A stretch of DNA of 64,000 nucleotides from Candidatus Bathyarchaeota archaeon (GCA_963733055.1 CAVTBR010000002.1:320001-384000); one strand, 5' to 3'; shown: positions 1 through 10,461, counted from the stretch's first letter. Program-made: numbers and translations. Notes: a model not told the origin generated them from the letters alone.

Positions 1-673
1 CCCAGCTGACATTGTGTTTCGACAGCAGATACGTGACATCAGTCCACGCATACCCTGCCGTGTGGTTCGCGTATTTGCGATCGGGTTGATTCAGATTGCT
101 TACACAACTCATAGGGTCTTGTGGACTGGTGCATGACGCCGACCATCCCGAGACGAGGTAGAGGTGGGAGGGCAGACTCCATGAGGCGACCGGCTCGAAC
201 ATATGATCCTGCAGAACAAAGTTGTTCGCATATGCCCAGTAGTTTGGTATCTGGCTTCCATCGTGGTAACCCATAACGTCGGGCGGGACACTTGGGTTGC
301 ACTCCGGGTTGTTTGGGTGGGTGGTGCAATCCGCTATCGCCTGCCCAATGAAACCGTCAAGTTTCCCGCCGTCTAAGTCAGCGACAGAATCTGAAGCGGC
401 ATGAGGGCCGCCAATGTTGAGATCATTCGGGTCCCTGTACGGCTTAACGCAGGCTCCAGTCAAGGGGTCTGGAACGCAGACGGTTGGCACGCCATTTTGC
501 ATCGGAATCCCATCCGCTCCCGGGTAAGTGCCAAAGTAAGAATCAAAGGAGCGGTTCTCCTGCATGATAATTATAACATGTTGAATGGGATTGGTCGGGG
601 CTGAGGCGCCTGATGAAATCGAGACACTGCTAACAAGGAGAACAGTTGCAACCAACAATGCAATCAGCTTCAC
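1..673 (-). CDS. Secreted phosphoesterase / phospholipase C family protein, 3' end runs off the window edge
   Basis: Not in the ORF track; translated by hand from GTG 673: signal peptide MKLIALLVATVLLVSSVSISSGASA, then IQHVIIIMQENRSFDSYFGTYPG...MGYHDGSQIPNYWAYANNFVLQDHMFEPVASWSLPSHL, hallmark phosphoesterase motifs. Confidence 0.88.
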   Translation of the reverse strand, partial: MKLIALLVATVLLVSSVSISSGASAPTNPIQHVIIIMQENRSFDSYFGTYPGADGIPMQNGVPTVCVPDPLTGACVKPYRDPNDLNIGGPHAASDSVADLDGGKLDGFIGQAIADCTTHPNNPECNPSVPPDVMGYHDGSQIPNYWAYANNFVLQDHMFEPVASWSLPSHLYLVSGWSASCTSPQDPMSCVSNLNQPDRKYANHTAGYAWTDVTYLLSKHNVSW

Positions 674-808
674 AGTGTTCCACTCCGTTTAGGGTTCCCT
701 GCAAAATAGCGGCGAGAACAAAAATCCTTGTGGACGAATCATCCATGACACTCACTCTTCCCAACCTCCGCCCAATGGAATGAGGGGCCTTCTACACTTT
801 GCATTGCA

Positions 809-1981
809 TCATGCGATTATGTTCGACTCGTAATGCCCAGCAAGCGACTTCCCTTCGATGAACCTGTTAGCGGAGAATGGAGCTAGGCTGTCAGGCTTGT
901 TGCGGCTCAGAACGAATTGAGCCATCCGTTTTCCCACTGCGGGAGAGAGTTTGAAGCCATGGCCACTGAAGCCAGCGGCTATGTACAACCCCTCGACCTC
1001 TGAGGATTCATCAAGAATCGGGTGCCAATCAGGAGTCACATCGTAGGCTCCCGCCCAACCCCTCTCCCACCGCCCACGAGCCATCGCGGGTAAACGGTTT
1101 ACGAGTTTCTTAGAGTAGATTTCGACGGTTTCGTAATCAACACCCTCGCAATTGTCTGGGTCAGCGACCTCCGGTAAGTTCGACTCCAACGACCCAGTAA
1201 GAAGCCTATCGGGCCCTTTGGGGCAGAAGTAGAAGCCGCTTGTGAAGTCGCCCCAAACGGTCAATTTCGTTGTCAAGTCAGGAGGCTTGAGGAAGATGCA
1301 ACTCTGTTCCTTCAGAACACGAATTGGAAGTTTCGAGTGTTCCGGAGGCATGATCTGATTAGCCCAAGCGTTCGCAGCGTTCACGACCCGACCGGCCGCT
1401 ATCTCACCCTTCTCAGTCCGAACTCCTCTGACCTTGCCTGCAGATTCCAAGATCTCCAAAACTTTCGTCTGCTCAAGGATGTTGACCCCTAGTTTCTCCG
1501 CTGCTTTAGCGAAAGATTGGGTGGTTGCGACGGGGTCGGCGTATCCTGAACGAGGTTCATACGCAGCAGCGGCTAATCCCTCAACATTAGCATCTGGCTG
1601 AAGCTTCTTCAGCTCCGCGGGCTCGAGGACGGACGTCTCAATGCCCAAGCTCCGCTGCATCTTCACATTACTGCGAAGGGCCTCCTCGTCCTTGCTTCCA
1701 ACTGCCAACGTGAAACCGGTTCGCATGAAACTAGCATCTCCTCCGACGGAATCCGGAAAACTCTCGAAAACCTTCAAACTCTCCAAAGCCATCCCGGCCG
1801 TTTCCGGGTTGCTGTAATGTTGGCGAACAATAGCAGTTGATCGACCTGTAGTGCCCCACGCAATATGTTGACGTTCGATGAGAATTATCTTCAGACTAGG
1901 GTTTAGTTTCGCGGCGTGAAAAGCTGTGCTGCAGCCTATGCAGCCGCCACCTACGATTACTATGTCCGCGGAGTCGCTCAT
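809..1981 (-). CDS. FAD-dependent oxidoreductase (DAO / sarcosine oxidase beta-like)
   Basis: DIVIVGGGCIG Rossmann motif; YDVTPDWHPIL and GFSGHGFKLSPAVG C-terminal motifs. Confidence 0.9.
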   Translation of the reverse strand: MSDSADIVIVGGGCIGCSTAFHAAKLNPSLKIILIERQHIAWGTTGRSTAIVRQHYSNPETAGMALESLKVFESFPDSVGGDASFMRTGFTLAVGSKDEEALRSNVKMQRSLGIETSVLEPAELKKLQPDANVEGLAAAAYEPRSGYADPVATTQSFAKAAEKLGVNILEQTKVLEILESAGKVRGVRTEKGEIAAGRVVNAANAWANQIMPPEHSKLPIRVLKEQSCIFLKPPDLTTKLTVWGDFTSGFYFCPKGPDRLLTGSLESNLPEVADPDNCEGVDYETVEIYSKKLVNRLPAMARGRWERGWAGAYDVTPDWHPILDESSEVEGLYIAAGFSGHGFKLSPAVGKRMAQFVLSRNKPDSLAPFSANRFIEGKSLAGHYESNIIA

Positions 1982-2153
1982 TGTCCGTACACCGATTGAT
2001 TATCAGCCCGACGGTATATTTACGGTCTCTCAGTGATTCTCGACAGGTAATAGCAAATGCAATCTAAACGGGCGTAAGAGAAACGGTCAGGAGTGTTCTT
2101 TAGTTTCAATTGAAGATGCGCTCGCCATTGCGAGTTGGTCGACGCTGAAGAGT

Positions 2154-3308
2154 TTGATTGACCGCGATGCATACACTTCCCTCTTCTTCTCTAGAACAAT
2201 TTACGCGGTCAACTGGTATAACATCGCAGCTCTTTTCACGTTCATAGCACTCGATTTCAAGCTGAATGTTTCAGGCCTGGGAGTTGTCTCAGCTTGTTTC
2301 TATATTGGCGTCGGATTATTCCAAGTTCCCGGCGGCATCGTTGCAGCCAAGTATGGCGCAAGGAACATAGCTATCGTGGGCGTGCTGATTGCATCGGTCG
2401 CGGTTCTCCTTACCGCCATCACTTCCGATTTCTATCAACTCATTCTACTCAGGTTCATAGTTGGAGTAGGTTCTGCCTTTTTCTTTGCTCCCGGAGTAAC
2501 GTTGATTGCCCGAACTTTTCGGCGAGAGTCTCAGGGATTTGGGGTAGGCACTTTTCAGAGTGCCTTCTACGTTGGTGGGACTCTAGGTCTCTTCGCGTGG
2601 TCGGTTCTGGCCGAGATGGGTGGCTGGAGATTCAGCCTGATAACGAGTGGCGCGTTGAGTCTCTTGGGAGGCGTACTCATTTTCCTAAAGGTCCCGAAGG
2701 ATGAGCTGCGTTCGGACTTCGTAATTAAGACTGAAGATCTGCGTAGGATTCTCTCGAACCGATGGCTAGTTCTGATCTCGATTGAATTGTTCGGGTTCGG
2801 GTCGGGCACGTTTCTCATCAACAGCTTCATGGTATACTACCTTGAACAGTCGCTTCATCTCAGCCCAAGCTTCGCGGGCATAATCGGTAGCCTCGCCCCG
2901 TTATGTGCAATAATCTCTTCGCCACTGTGCGGGATGCTTTACGCTAAGACCAAAAACGCTCGGTTGCTACTCTTCTCTTTGGGAGTGATGTTGGCAGCGG
3001 CATTGGTACTGGACGCTGTAGGCAGCGTACCATTTGCGGCAGTTTCAAGCGTTCTTGCGGGGTTCGGTAGCGGTGCATTCACGGTTGGGTATTTGGCAGC
3101 GCGTGATAGCATGGCCGCGTCAGTCGAATACGAATCCCTGGCGGTCAGCTGGGTAAACACCATTCAGATGCTAGCCGGCTTTGTCTCCCCGATAATATTC
3201 TCCTTACTGGTACTGTCGTTCGGCTACGGGTTTTCATGGTTGACTGGTGGGCTGTACACCTTAGTTCTGATTTCGACGATCCTTTACCCGGTAAGAAGTA
3301 AGCGTTAA
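2154..3308 (+). CDS. MFS transporter
   Basis: 384 aa, about 12 hydrophobic segments, motif A-like GIVAAKYGAR. Confidence 0.88.
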   Translation: MIDRDAYTSLFFSRTIYAVNWYNIAALFTFIALDFKLNVSGLGVVSACFYIGVGLFQVPGGIVAAKYGARNIAIVGVLIASVAVLLTAITSDFYQLILLRFIVGVGSAFFFAPGVTLIARTFRRESQGFGVGTFQSAFYVGGTLGLFAWSVLAEMGGWRFSLITSGALSLLGGVLIFLKVPKDELRSDFVIKTEDLRRILSNRWLVLISIELFGFGSGTFLINSFMVYYLEQSLHLSPSFAGIIGSLAPLCAIISSPLCGMLYAKTKNARLLLFSLGVMLAAALVLDAVGSVPFAAVSSVLAGFGSGAFTVGYLAARDSMAASVEYESLAVSWVNTIQMLAGFVSPIIFSLLVLSFGYGFSWLTGGLYTLVLISTILYPVRSKR

Positions 3309-3406
3309 AGCGAGAGATACCGATAGCTTTCATGTTCCCCTATCTTAACGCTTAATACGGCGAATCCGTTAGCCTATCGAAAATCAACGAACAAGGGTCT
3401 GTGCTC

Positions 3407-3985
3407 ATGAGTAGGAAACCACCTGAGATCAAAGTGTTCGATAAATGGGAAACAGAAAACATCGAGGTCACAGATCCCGGACTGGAGAAGTATCTTTCCT
3501 CCAAACCAATTCTCTACCCTCACAGTGGTGGACGACATGAACACAAGCGCTTCCGCAAGTCCCAGCTGAACATTGTAGAACGCCTCGTCGATAACATGAT
3601 GCGCCCCGGCAGGGTTGGCGGCAAGAAGGCGAAAGCGATTGGGATCGTACGAAACGCTATGGAAATCATCAACCTGAAGACCGGCAGGAACCCGATTGAA
3701 GTTTTGGTCAAAGCGGTTGAGAATACCGCGCCCGCCGAGGACGTTACACGAGTCGCCTACGGTGGAATCGTCTACCCAATCTCAGTTGACATCGCCCCTC
3801 AGAGAAGAATCGATATCGCGCTACGTTTCATGACTGATGGTGCACGCAAGGGGGCTTACAGTAACCCAAAAACTATCGACGAATGCCTCGCCGAAGAACT
3901 CGTGTACGCTTCCCAAAGGGACAATCGAAGCTTCGCGGTGAAGAAACGCGACGAGATGGAACGAGTAGCTTTAGCCTCGCGTTAA
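3407..3985 (+). CDS. rps7: 30S ribosomal protein S7 (uS7, archaeal type)
   Basis: PHSGGRHEHKRF, IVERLVDNMM, NPIEVLVKAVENTAP, KKRDEMERVALASR; start set to ATG 3407. Confidence 0.97.
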   Translation: MSRKPPEIKVFDKWETENIEVTDPGLEKYLSSKPILYPHSGGRHEHKRFRKSQLNIVERLVDNMMRPGRVGGKKAKAIGIVRNAMEIINLKTGRNPIEVLVKAVENTAPAEDVTRVAYGGIVYPISVDIAPQRRIDIALRFMTDGARKGAYSNPKTIDECLAEELVYASQRDNRSFAVKKRDEMERVALASR

Positions 3986-4116
3986 ACGTGGCCTATCGCA
4001 AATTTCTTTCTCGAAGCAAGTTTCTTGAACGTTTTTCGTTATTCAATCCGTTCTAAGCCTTAAATACTGGGTGCAGGGTCTTGATTTGCGAATCAAAATC
4101 GTTGGAAAGATGAAGA

Positions 4117-5442
4117 ATGTCTTCAGCAAAGAAACCGCACCTTAACCTGATCATCATAGGCCACGTCGACCATGGCAAGAGCACCATGACTGGCCACTTG
4201 CTATTCGACACGGGCAACGTGGACGAGAAGACCATCGCCAAGTACGCAGACGAATCAACCAAGCTTGGCAAGGGAGATACTTTCAAGTTCGCATTCGTCC
4301 TCGACACATTGAAGGAAGAGAGAGAACGTGGGGTTACGATCGACCTTCGGTTCGAGAAATTTGAAACTGACAAGGTCTTCTTCACAATCATCGACGCACC
4401 AGGCCATCGGGACTTCATCAAGAACATGATCACAGGCACGAGCCAAGCTGACGCAGCCATACTCGTTGTGTCAGGGAAGAAAGGAGAATTCGAAGTTGGC
4501 GTCGGGCCAGGAGGCCAAAGCCGAGAACACGCCTACCTAGCCAGAACCCTTGGAGTCGCACAACTCGCAGTCGCCATCAACAAGATGGATGACTCCACAG
4601 TCAACTTCTCGGAGGAGAGATTCAAGGAATGCACAAAAGAACTGGAGGCGTTGCTGAAGGTCGTTGGATACGACGTCTCCAAGATTAAATTCGTACCGGT
4701 GTCTGGCTGGAAAGGAGACAACCTGATCAAAGCGTCGCCAAACATGCCATGGTACAAGGGGCCAACTCTACTCGACGTGTTGAACACGTTCACCGAGCCG
4801 CCCAAACCAACTGACAAGCCCCTCCGCGTCCCAGTTCAAGACGTCTACTCAATCACCGGCATCGGCACAGTCCCAGTGGGCCGAGTAGAAACTGGAATCC
4901 TCAAGGTAGGTGATAGCATAGTCTTCATGCCCGCCAACGCAAGAGGCGAGTGCAAAGACATCGAAACCCACCACACTAAGATCCCGGAGGCCCTACCAGG
5001 AGACAACATAGGCTTCAACGTAAGAGGCATCGGGAAGACCGACGTCCACAGGGGCGATGTGGCGGGACACGCAGACAAACCCCCAACCGTCGCAGCCGAA
5101 TTCTTGGGACAAATAATCATAGTCTTCCACCCAACCGCAATAGCGGCAGGTTACACACCAGTGCTCCACGCACACACCGCCACGACCTCGGCCACATTCA
5201 CAGAACTCGTCTCTAAGATGGATGCGCGTACAGGTCAGGTGACTCAAGAGAAGCCGGACTTCCTCAAGACAGGCGATGCGGCCATGGTGAAGATCAGACC
5301 CCTCCGACCGCTTGCAATCGAAGCTTACTCAGATATTCCACAGCTAGGAAGATTCGCAATCCGCGACATGGGCAGCACGGTTGCCGTAGGCGTAGTTAAG
5401 CAGGTCACCGAAAAAGCACAGCTGTCTGAGAAGAAAGCCTAA
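4117..5442 (+). CDS. tuf: Translation elongation factor EF-1 alpha
   Basis: GHVDHGKST, ERERGVTID, DAPGHRDF, NKMD, GRFAIRDMG. Confidence 0.99.
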   Translation: MSSAKKPHLNLIIIGHVDHGKSTMTGHLLFDTGNVDEKTIAKYADESTKLGKGDTFKFAFVLDTLKEERERGVTIDLRFEKFETDKVFFTIIDAPGHRDFIKNMITGTSQADAAILVVSGKKGEFEVGVGPGGQSREHAYLARTLGVAQLAVAINKMDDSTVNFSEERFKECTKELEALLKVVGYDVSKIKFVPVSGWKGDNLIKASPNMPWYKGPTLLDVLNTFTEPPKPTDKPLRVPVQDVYSITGIGTVPVGRVETGILKVGDSIVFMPANARGECKDIETHHTKIPEALPGDNIGFNVRGIGKTDVHRGDVAGHADKPPTVAAEFLGQIIIVFHPTAIAAGYTPVLHAHTATTSATFTELVSKMDARTGQVTQEKPDFLKTGDAAMVKIRPLRPLAIEAYSDIPQLGRFAIRDMGSTVAVGVVKQVTEKAQLSEKKA

Positions 5443-5677
5443 ACTTCTCAGCCCTCAAAATTTTCTTTTGACTCCTACGCTTAGCTGGGGCTAAGTTCAA
5501 TCGATTCACAGGAACAAAATTACCTGAAGAAATCAGAATGCACACGAGTTACCCAACCGCAATGCCAGCTAATGTCCAGCGGAAATCGTCGAAGAAATCC
5601 GTTGGCAGCCTCCGAACTCTTTTTAAACGCCACGCAGAGGTAGGGCCATGTTTCACATCTGAATAGGTCGAAGAACG

Positions 5678-5986
5678 TTGCCAAACAAAGCCCGGATTCG
5701 TCTGTCAAGCACTGATCCTCAGGGCTTGAACAGCATTTGCGGCGAGATCATGAAGATCGCCGAACGTACCGGTGTGAAACTCCGCGGACCGATCCCGTTG
5801 CCGACAAAAAGGCTCTGGGTCCCAACGCGAAAGAGCCCCTGTGGTGAAGGAACTCATACGTGGGATAGTTGGGAGATGCGGATCCACAAGCGACTGATCG
5901 ATGTTGACCCGAACGAACGCTTTCTCAAACGCTTGATGCGCATTCAAACGCCTGAAAAAGTCTTTATCGAAATCGAACTTCTATAA
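5678..5986 (+). CDS. rps10: 30S ribosomal protein S10 (uS10)
   Basis: [35 protein letters not shown]. Confidence 0.97.
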   Translation: MPNKARIRLSSTDPQGLNSICGEIMKIAERTGVKLRGPIPLPTKRLWVPTRKSPCGEGTHTWDSWEMRIHKRLIDVDPNERFLKRLMRIQTPEKVFIEIELL

Positions 5987-6008
5987 ACTTCTATAAACTT
6001 CCGCGTGC

Positions 6009-6296
6009 TTACTTCACGAGTTTGTTGATCTTACTGGCCAGCTTGAAATCCTTCATTGTTAGTCCGCCCTCATCGTGAGTCGTGAGTGCGAGCCTTACCC
6101 GATTGTAATTTATGGTGATGTCTGGGTGATGGTTGGCGGCCTCCGCTAGCCTCGCGACCCTGTTAACGAATCGGATAGCCGCTATGAAGTCAGGGAATTC
6201 GACCCTTCTTGAAATCATCTGACCCCTTAATGTCCAGTTTACCAGCTTGGCGACTTCCGCTCGGGCTCTTTTGCGGGATAATTTCACTGTGGACAT
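6009..6296 (-). CDS. Pterin-4-alpha-carbinolamine dehydratase
   Basis: FVNRVARLAEAANHHPDI, LTTHDEGGLTMKDFKLA; start moved to ATG 6296. Confidence 0.9.
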   Translation of the reverse strand: MSTVKLSRKRARAEVAKLVNWTLRGQMISRRVEFPDFIAAIRFVNRVARLAEAANHHPDITINYNRVRLALTTHDEGGLTMKDFKLASKINKLVK

Positions 6297-6298
6297 CC

Positions 6299-7367
6299 TC
6301 ATGCGTGCTCGTAAATGTTCGAGGTTTGCACTCCGCGGCTCTGAATTTCCTGATCGATCTGTCTGAGTAGGAGTAGGCGTTTGTAGGTGGGGGGATGGGT
6401 GGCGAATGCCTGGTTTACGGTTCCCCATCTTGATTTTGCCTCCTGCTCCATGGCCAACTCGAGCTCATGCTCATCCAAAACTCCGTCCTTGTTCAAGTCG
6501 TACTTGTTAACGTGTTCCATAACCTGAGCCATCTCTTGTTTCGCGAGCGCCGGGTCGGAGATGTAGAGTGCGCGGGCTCCGTGTGGTTCTTCGGGGCTAA
6601 GCGAGAGCCCATAAGTTATGCGCGCCAACGCGCTTTCCAGTTCTCTCGGCGCCGCAGTAAGATAAGCCGAGAAGGCGTCCGCGGTAAGATTCCCTCAAAC
6701 GACTCAACCGGAGTACGAGTAGTTGAGCTACGAAATAGACAACGAGAGCAACTACTCCCGCGAGAATAATGTACGCCGCACCGTTGTCCTTACTGCTCCT
6801 CCGGCCTCCCATCCCACCATAATATCCGAACCCGAAAGCCATCCGAACAATCACATAGGCCACGAGCGGGACGGCCGACATGAATGTCATGATGATTGAG
6901 TCCTTGTGGCGAATGTGACCAATCTCATGACCTAGGACACCTTGAATCTCATCCTCATTCAGCTGATCGAGCAGGCCCTGGTTTACGGCGAGCGTCATGT
7001 TGTTAGAGGAATTCCCGAAAACGAATGCGTTCGGTGTCCTATCTGGAACGATTGCGAGGCGGGGTTGTTTAACTCCGGCCTGCTGAGCCAGCTTCGCTAC
7101 TAAACCCTCCAGCCAAGCGTTCTCGCCCGGCTGCAGGTAACGGAGCCTAGTGCTCCACCTGACGATCGACGGGCTAATTGCAAATTGAATGAGCATGAAG
7201 AATAGAGCGAGGACGAATGCGCCAATCAAAGTTGACGCGGGGTCGAGCTGTAGATTTGTGGCGTAGCTGAAGAAGAATGACACCACAACTATGAAGCCAA
7301 CGAAGATTACGAGGGTGATCAGGATCGTGAAGTACATCGTACCCTTCAACTGAGCTAGGTTACCCAT
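6299..7367 (-). pseudogene. htpX: HtpX (M48) zinc metalloprotease with a one-base frameshift near 6683 (real lesion or assembly error)
   Basis: PNAF, HEIGH, LSRLRESY; removing one base (TAC-C-GCG-GAC) restores ADAFSAYLTAAPRELESALARITYG...FATHPPTYKRL. Confidence 0.85.
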
Positions 7368-7457
7368 TTCCGATTCGACCTACTGAAATCTCGAAGACCT
7401 AAACCACCGAGCCCATTAAAGCCTAGCTCCCCATGCTCTCCGTGCGTCGGACCCTGC

Positions 7458-8213
7458 ATGGTAGCGGTTACGAGCCAGATCAGTTGCTCTCATTGTGGAG
7501 CTCCCTTACCGGTTCAACCCGGCGAAATACTAATCACGTGCAGCTATTGCGGCTTCACAAGCGTCGTCGAAACCGGAAAAGCGTTTGAATTCGAACACTC
7601 CTTAATCCTGAATACGCTGCCGGCGACCCAGGTTTTTGATACGATAAAGGGATGGATGAAGAACAGCTTCGTGGCACCCAAAGATTTGAGCAAGAAATCT
7701 TCGGAAATCGAGCAGAACCTGGTTTACTTGCCGTTCTGGGTTGTGAGTGGCGAGGCAACTTCGCACTACAAGGGAATCTTCGAAAGAATCTCACCCCCCG
7801 AAGAGAAAGAGGGCGACATCAGCAACCGCTACGACTGGATGGTCCTCGCTCGTACGCAGGCAGACTTTCCAACCCGATCCTACCACCTTTCCCTGGAAGG
7901 AAAGATCCCCTTCGAGGCTACCAAGATTGAGAAGGGCGCGAAGGTTTTGAATAGCGAAATGAGCGCTCAAGACGCAGGCGACCATGCCCGAGGTGAAATT
8001 AGCAACCTCCACCAGTACCTAGCTAAGGATAGGGTCGACAAAATCATAGACATCAAGACGAGTTTCGATGTCTCAGGCACATACTACCTCCACGCCCCAG
8101 TCTGGTTCCTCACATACGCCTACAAGGACAAACAGTACCAGGTCCTATTGGATGGAGCCTCCGGTCAGGTCATCAAGGGCGATATGCCGGGCGAGGACTT
8201 CAAACTCATCTAA
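7458..8213 (+). CDS. Zn-ribbon protein of the SPFH-associated operon
   Basis: CSHCGAPL...CSYCG N-terminus; YLPFW and HAPVW...Y...DG.SG.V motifs. Confidence 0.8.
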   Translation: MVAVTSQISCSHCGAPLPVQPGEILITCSYCGFTSVVETGKAFEFEHSLILNTLPATQVFDTIKGWMKNSFVAPKDLSKKSSEIEQNLVYLPFWVVSGEATSHYKGIFERISPPEEKEGDISNRYDWMVLARTQADFPTRSYHLSLEGKIPFEATKIEKGAKVLNSEMSAQDAGDHARGEISNLHQYLAKDRVDKIIDIKTSFDVSGTYYLHAPVWFLTYAYKDKQYQVLLDGASGQVIKGDMPGEDFKLI

Positions 8214-8273
8214 CACTTCCATCAAATGCTTAAAGGCGACAGCCCGAGACCACGTTTACGTGGTAAACTAGCC

Positions 8274-8810
8274 TTGACGGCGAAACCTCCACTTGAAAAA
8301 GTTCAGGAAAGCGAGAAACCCCTAGAACGCCTAATGCTCATTTTACCCGGCTTTCGCGGCTACAAGCTTAGGGAGCAGAGAAGAGAGGCGGACCGGATAG
8401 TTCGCGACTACATATACAAGGCCCTCGAACAATCCCGCGACGATCTAATGAGTTGCTTTCAATCACTGAGCGACTCGAAGGTGAGTGAACTGATGGAGCC
8501 CGTGAACCGGCTCATAGCTAAACTCGATACCGTGGCTGAGAAAATCAACCGAGCCTCCTATGGGTATAGCGGATTCTTCGACTCAATCAAGATTGAGGAA
8601 AACGAGCTTGACAACATGCTCGCCTATGATACTCAACTCATGGATTCGGTGCGGAAGGTCGGAGAGTTGACAGCGAACTTCAAAGCTGACCTAAACCAAG
8701 GAAAGTTTGAGAACGCAAGAAATGAACACCAACAACTGGATACCTCTGTCAGTAATCTCGAATCAGCGTTTGATCAACGTAAAGCGGTTATCGAAGGAGT
8801 GAAGGTGTAG
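8274..8810 (+). CDS. Conserved helical hypothetical protein
   Basis: IL-PGFRGYK..E.RREADRIVR motif; in operon upstream of the SPFH gene; TTG start inferred. Confidence 0.75.
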   Translation: MTAKPPLEKVQESEKPLERLMLILPGFRGYKLREQRREADRIVRDYIYKALEQSRDDLMSCFQSLSDSKVSELMEPVNRLIAKLDTVAEKINRASYGYSGFFDSIKIEENELDNMLAYDTQLMDSVRKVGELTANFKADLNQGKFENARNEHQQLDTSVSNLESAFDQRKAVIEGVKV

Positions 8811-8814
8811 CAAA

Positions 8815-9804
8815 ATGCCTCAAGTAATCGAGTGGACTGGCGCGGGACCGGATGACATTGTATGGCGTTACCCTAACGAAGACATAACCTGGGGTGCTCA
8901 GCTCATAGTGCGTGAGTACGAGAACGCCGTATTCTTCAGGGACGGAAAGAGCTACGATACGTTTGGAGCTGGCAGACACACACTCACAACCCTAAACCTT
9001 CCACTAATCACGTCAGTTCTCTCTAGGATTGCGGGTTACCAGAAAACGCCGTTCAAGGCGAACGTAATTTTCATTTCCAACAAGCAGTTTGCCGGAAAAT
9101 TCGGCAACAGGGCGCAAACCACCGAACTCGCACCCCTACTGACTTTCGGTTCGTTCTGGTTCAAAGTCGAGGATCCCTCAATCTTCGTGAATGAGGTGGT
9201 CGGGGGACAGAATGCTTACTCAACGTCAGACGTGAACAACTTTCTGCGCGGCTTCATAAACGAGAAAATGATTGACGAACTCTCAAAATACGATTTGCAG
9301 ACGGTCTTCAGGAAATTAGATGATACGTCAAATCAGGTGAAGGCTAACCTGATGGACTATTTCAAACGGTTAGGCGTTCAGATGATTGACCTGAAATTCG
9401 AGGGGATAGACACAACCCCTGAATTCCGTGACCGTCTCTTCTGGCTGAAATCGGGCGGCGTATCAGGAGATGAAGTGATCAGGATGGAGACGGTGAAGGA
9501 TGCGGCTGCGTCGCTCGGAAAGTCGACTGGGGGTGGAGCAGCGTTTGGCGCCGGTATGGTACTCGTCCCACCATTATTCCAGACAACCCCCTCGGGTGCG
9601 GGGATGTCGGTTGCGCTCATCGTCTGTCCCAACTGCCAAGCACACATACCGTCAACGTCCAAATTCTGCCCCAACTGTGGCCAGAATATTACCACCAGCC
9701 CAGCCCCGCCAGCTAATGCGCCCGTGAGAAAGTGCGCTAAGTGTGGAACGGTGATTCCGGGCGGAGCGAAGTTCTGCCAAAACTGCGGCGCAAAAACCGA
9801 ATAG
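8815..9804 (+). CDS. SPFH / band-7 domain protein with C-terminal double zinc ribbons
   Basis: IVWRYP..I.WGAQLIVRE...AVFFRDG...GRHTLTT.NLP; four CxxC pairs at the C-terminus. Confidence 0.88.
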   Translation: MPQVIEWTGAGPDDIVWRYPNEDITWGAQLIVREYENAVFFRDGKSYDTFGAGRHTLTTLNLPLITSVLSRIAGYQKTPFKANVIFISNKQFAGKFGNRAQTTELAPLLTFGSFWFKVEDPSIFVNEVVGGQNAYSTSDVNNFLRGFINEKMIDELSKYDLQTVFRKLDDTSNQVKANLMDYFKRLGVQMIDLKFEGIDTTPEFRDRLFWLKSGGVSGDEVIRMETVKDAAASLGKSTGGGAAFGAGMVLVPPLFQTTPSGAGMSVALIVCPNCQAHIPSTSKFCPNCGQNITTSPAPPANAPVRKCAKCGTVIPGGAKFCQNCGAKTE

Positions 9805-9806
9805 AG

Positions 9807-10175
9807 TTACTTCGAGCGCATGTAGGCGAGGAATACTAGCCCGAAGAAGACTAGCAGCAACGCTAGCAAATATTCGGCAATCTGGGGTCCGAGAGAGATC
9901 GAGAACCATAACACCCCTATGATCAATGCGAGTACGCCGTACGCCAACGTTGTTCTCGGCGACATCTCATACTTCTGACGCGGACTCCTGGCTTTGAAAA
10001 TGGCCAGCACGGTGAAGATCACGCCCACCCCGGCAATGAAGATGGCCGGAATCTCCCTTGGCGAATTGAACCCAGACAAGTATCCCAGCAAGATAAGCCC
10101 GAGAAGCAGCAGAACCGTCCCAGCCAAGTACGTTTCAAAGCGTCGGGCAACCATCTTTCGTCGCTGTACGCTCAT
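9807..10175 (-). CDS. Small 4-TM membrane protein
   Basis: Four hydrophobic segments. Confidence 0.7.
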   Translation of the reverse strand: MSVQRRKMVARRFETYLAGTVLLLLGLILLGYLSGFNSPREIPAIFIAGVGVIFTVLAIFKARSPRQKYEMSPRTTLAYGVLALIIGVLWFSISLGPQIAEYLLALLLVFFGLVFLAYMRSK

Positions 10176-10297
10176 CCCGCACCCCGATATGTATGCTCTG
10201 GTCGCACGGAGAGCAAGTCGGAACTAAGATTGCGCGTGTGAAACTTGACGGATTGCGATTAGCTTAATTCACCATCCTATTCGTTTAGCATAATGGT

Positions 10298-10461
10298 GCG
10301 GGGATACCAGAGCCAGGTCAAATGGGCGGGTCGCGTGCCCTTTCATGCCTACGCTTGGCCACGCGCGCTACACTCAAGATTCACGGACGTGCAGGCTTTG
10401 TGGCGGGTGAGCTATCCCGTGGCGTAGGCCTTCGTGGGTTCGAATCCCACTCCCCGCACCA
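10298..10461 (+). tRNA. tRNA-Leu(CAA) with two introns (10331-10371 at position 30/31; 10379-10413 at canonical 37/38) and encoded CCA
   Basis: Acceptor GCGGGGA/TCCCCGC+A+CCA; spliced anticodon arm CGGGA-CTCAAGA-TCCCG; long variable arm TGGCGTAGGCCTTC; T arm GTGGG-TTCGAAT-CCCAC; both introns fold into bulge-helix-bulge-like junctions. Confidence 0.93.

Noticed and set aside
401-604. 67-aa + strand ORF and the short ORFs at 39-329
   Set aside because: Antisense or off-frame shadows of the minus-strand phosphoesterase
5981-6000. CTATAAACTT x2 at the rps10 stop codon
   Set aside because: Simple 10-bp duplication that does not change the protein; no element lies between the copies
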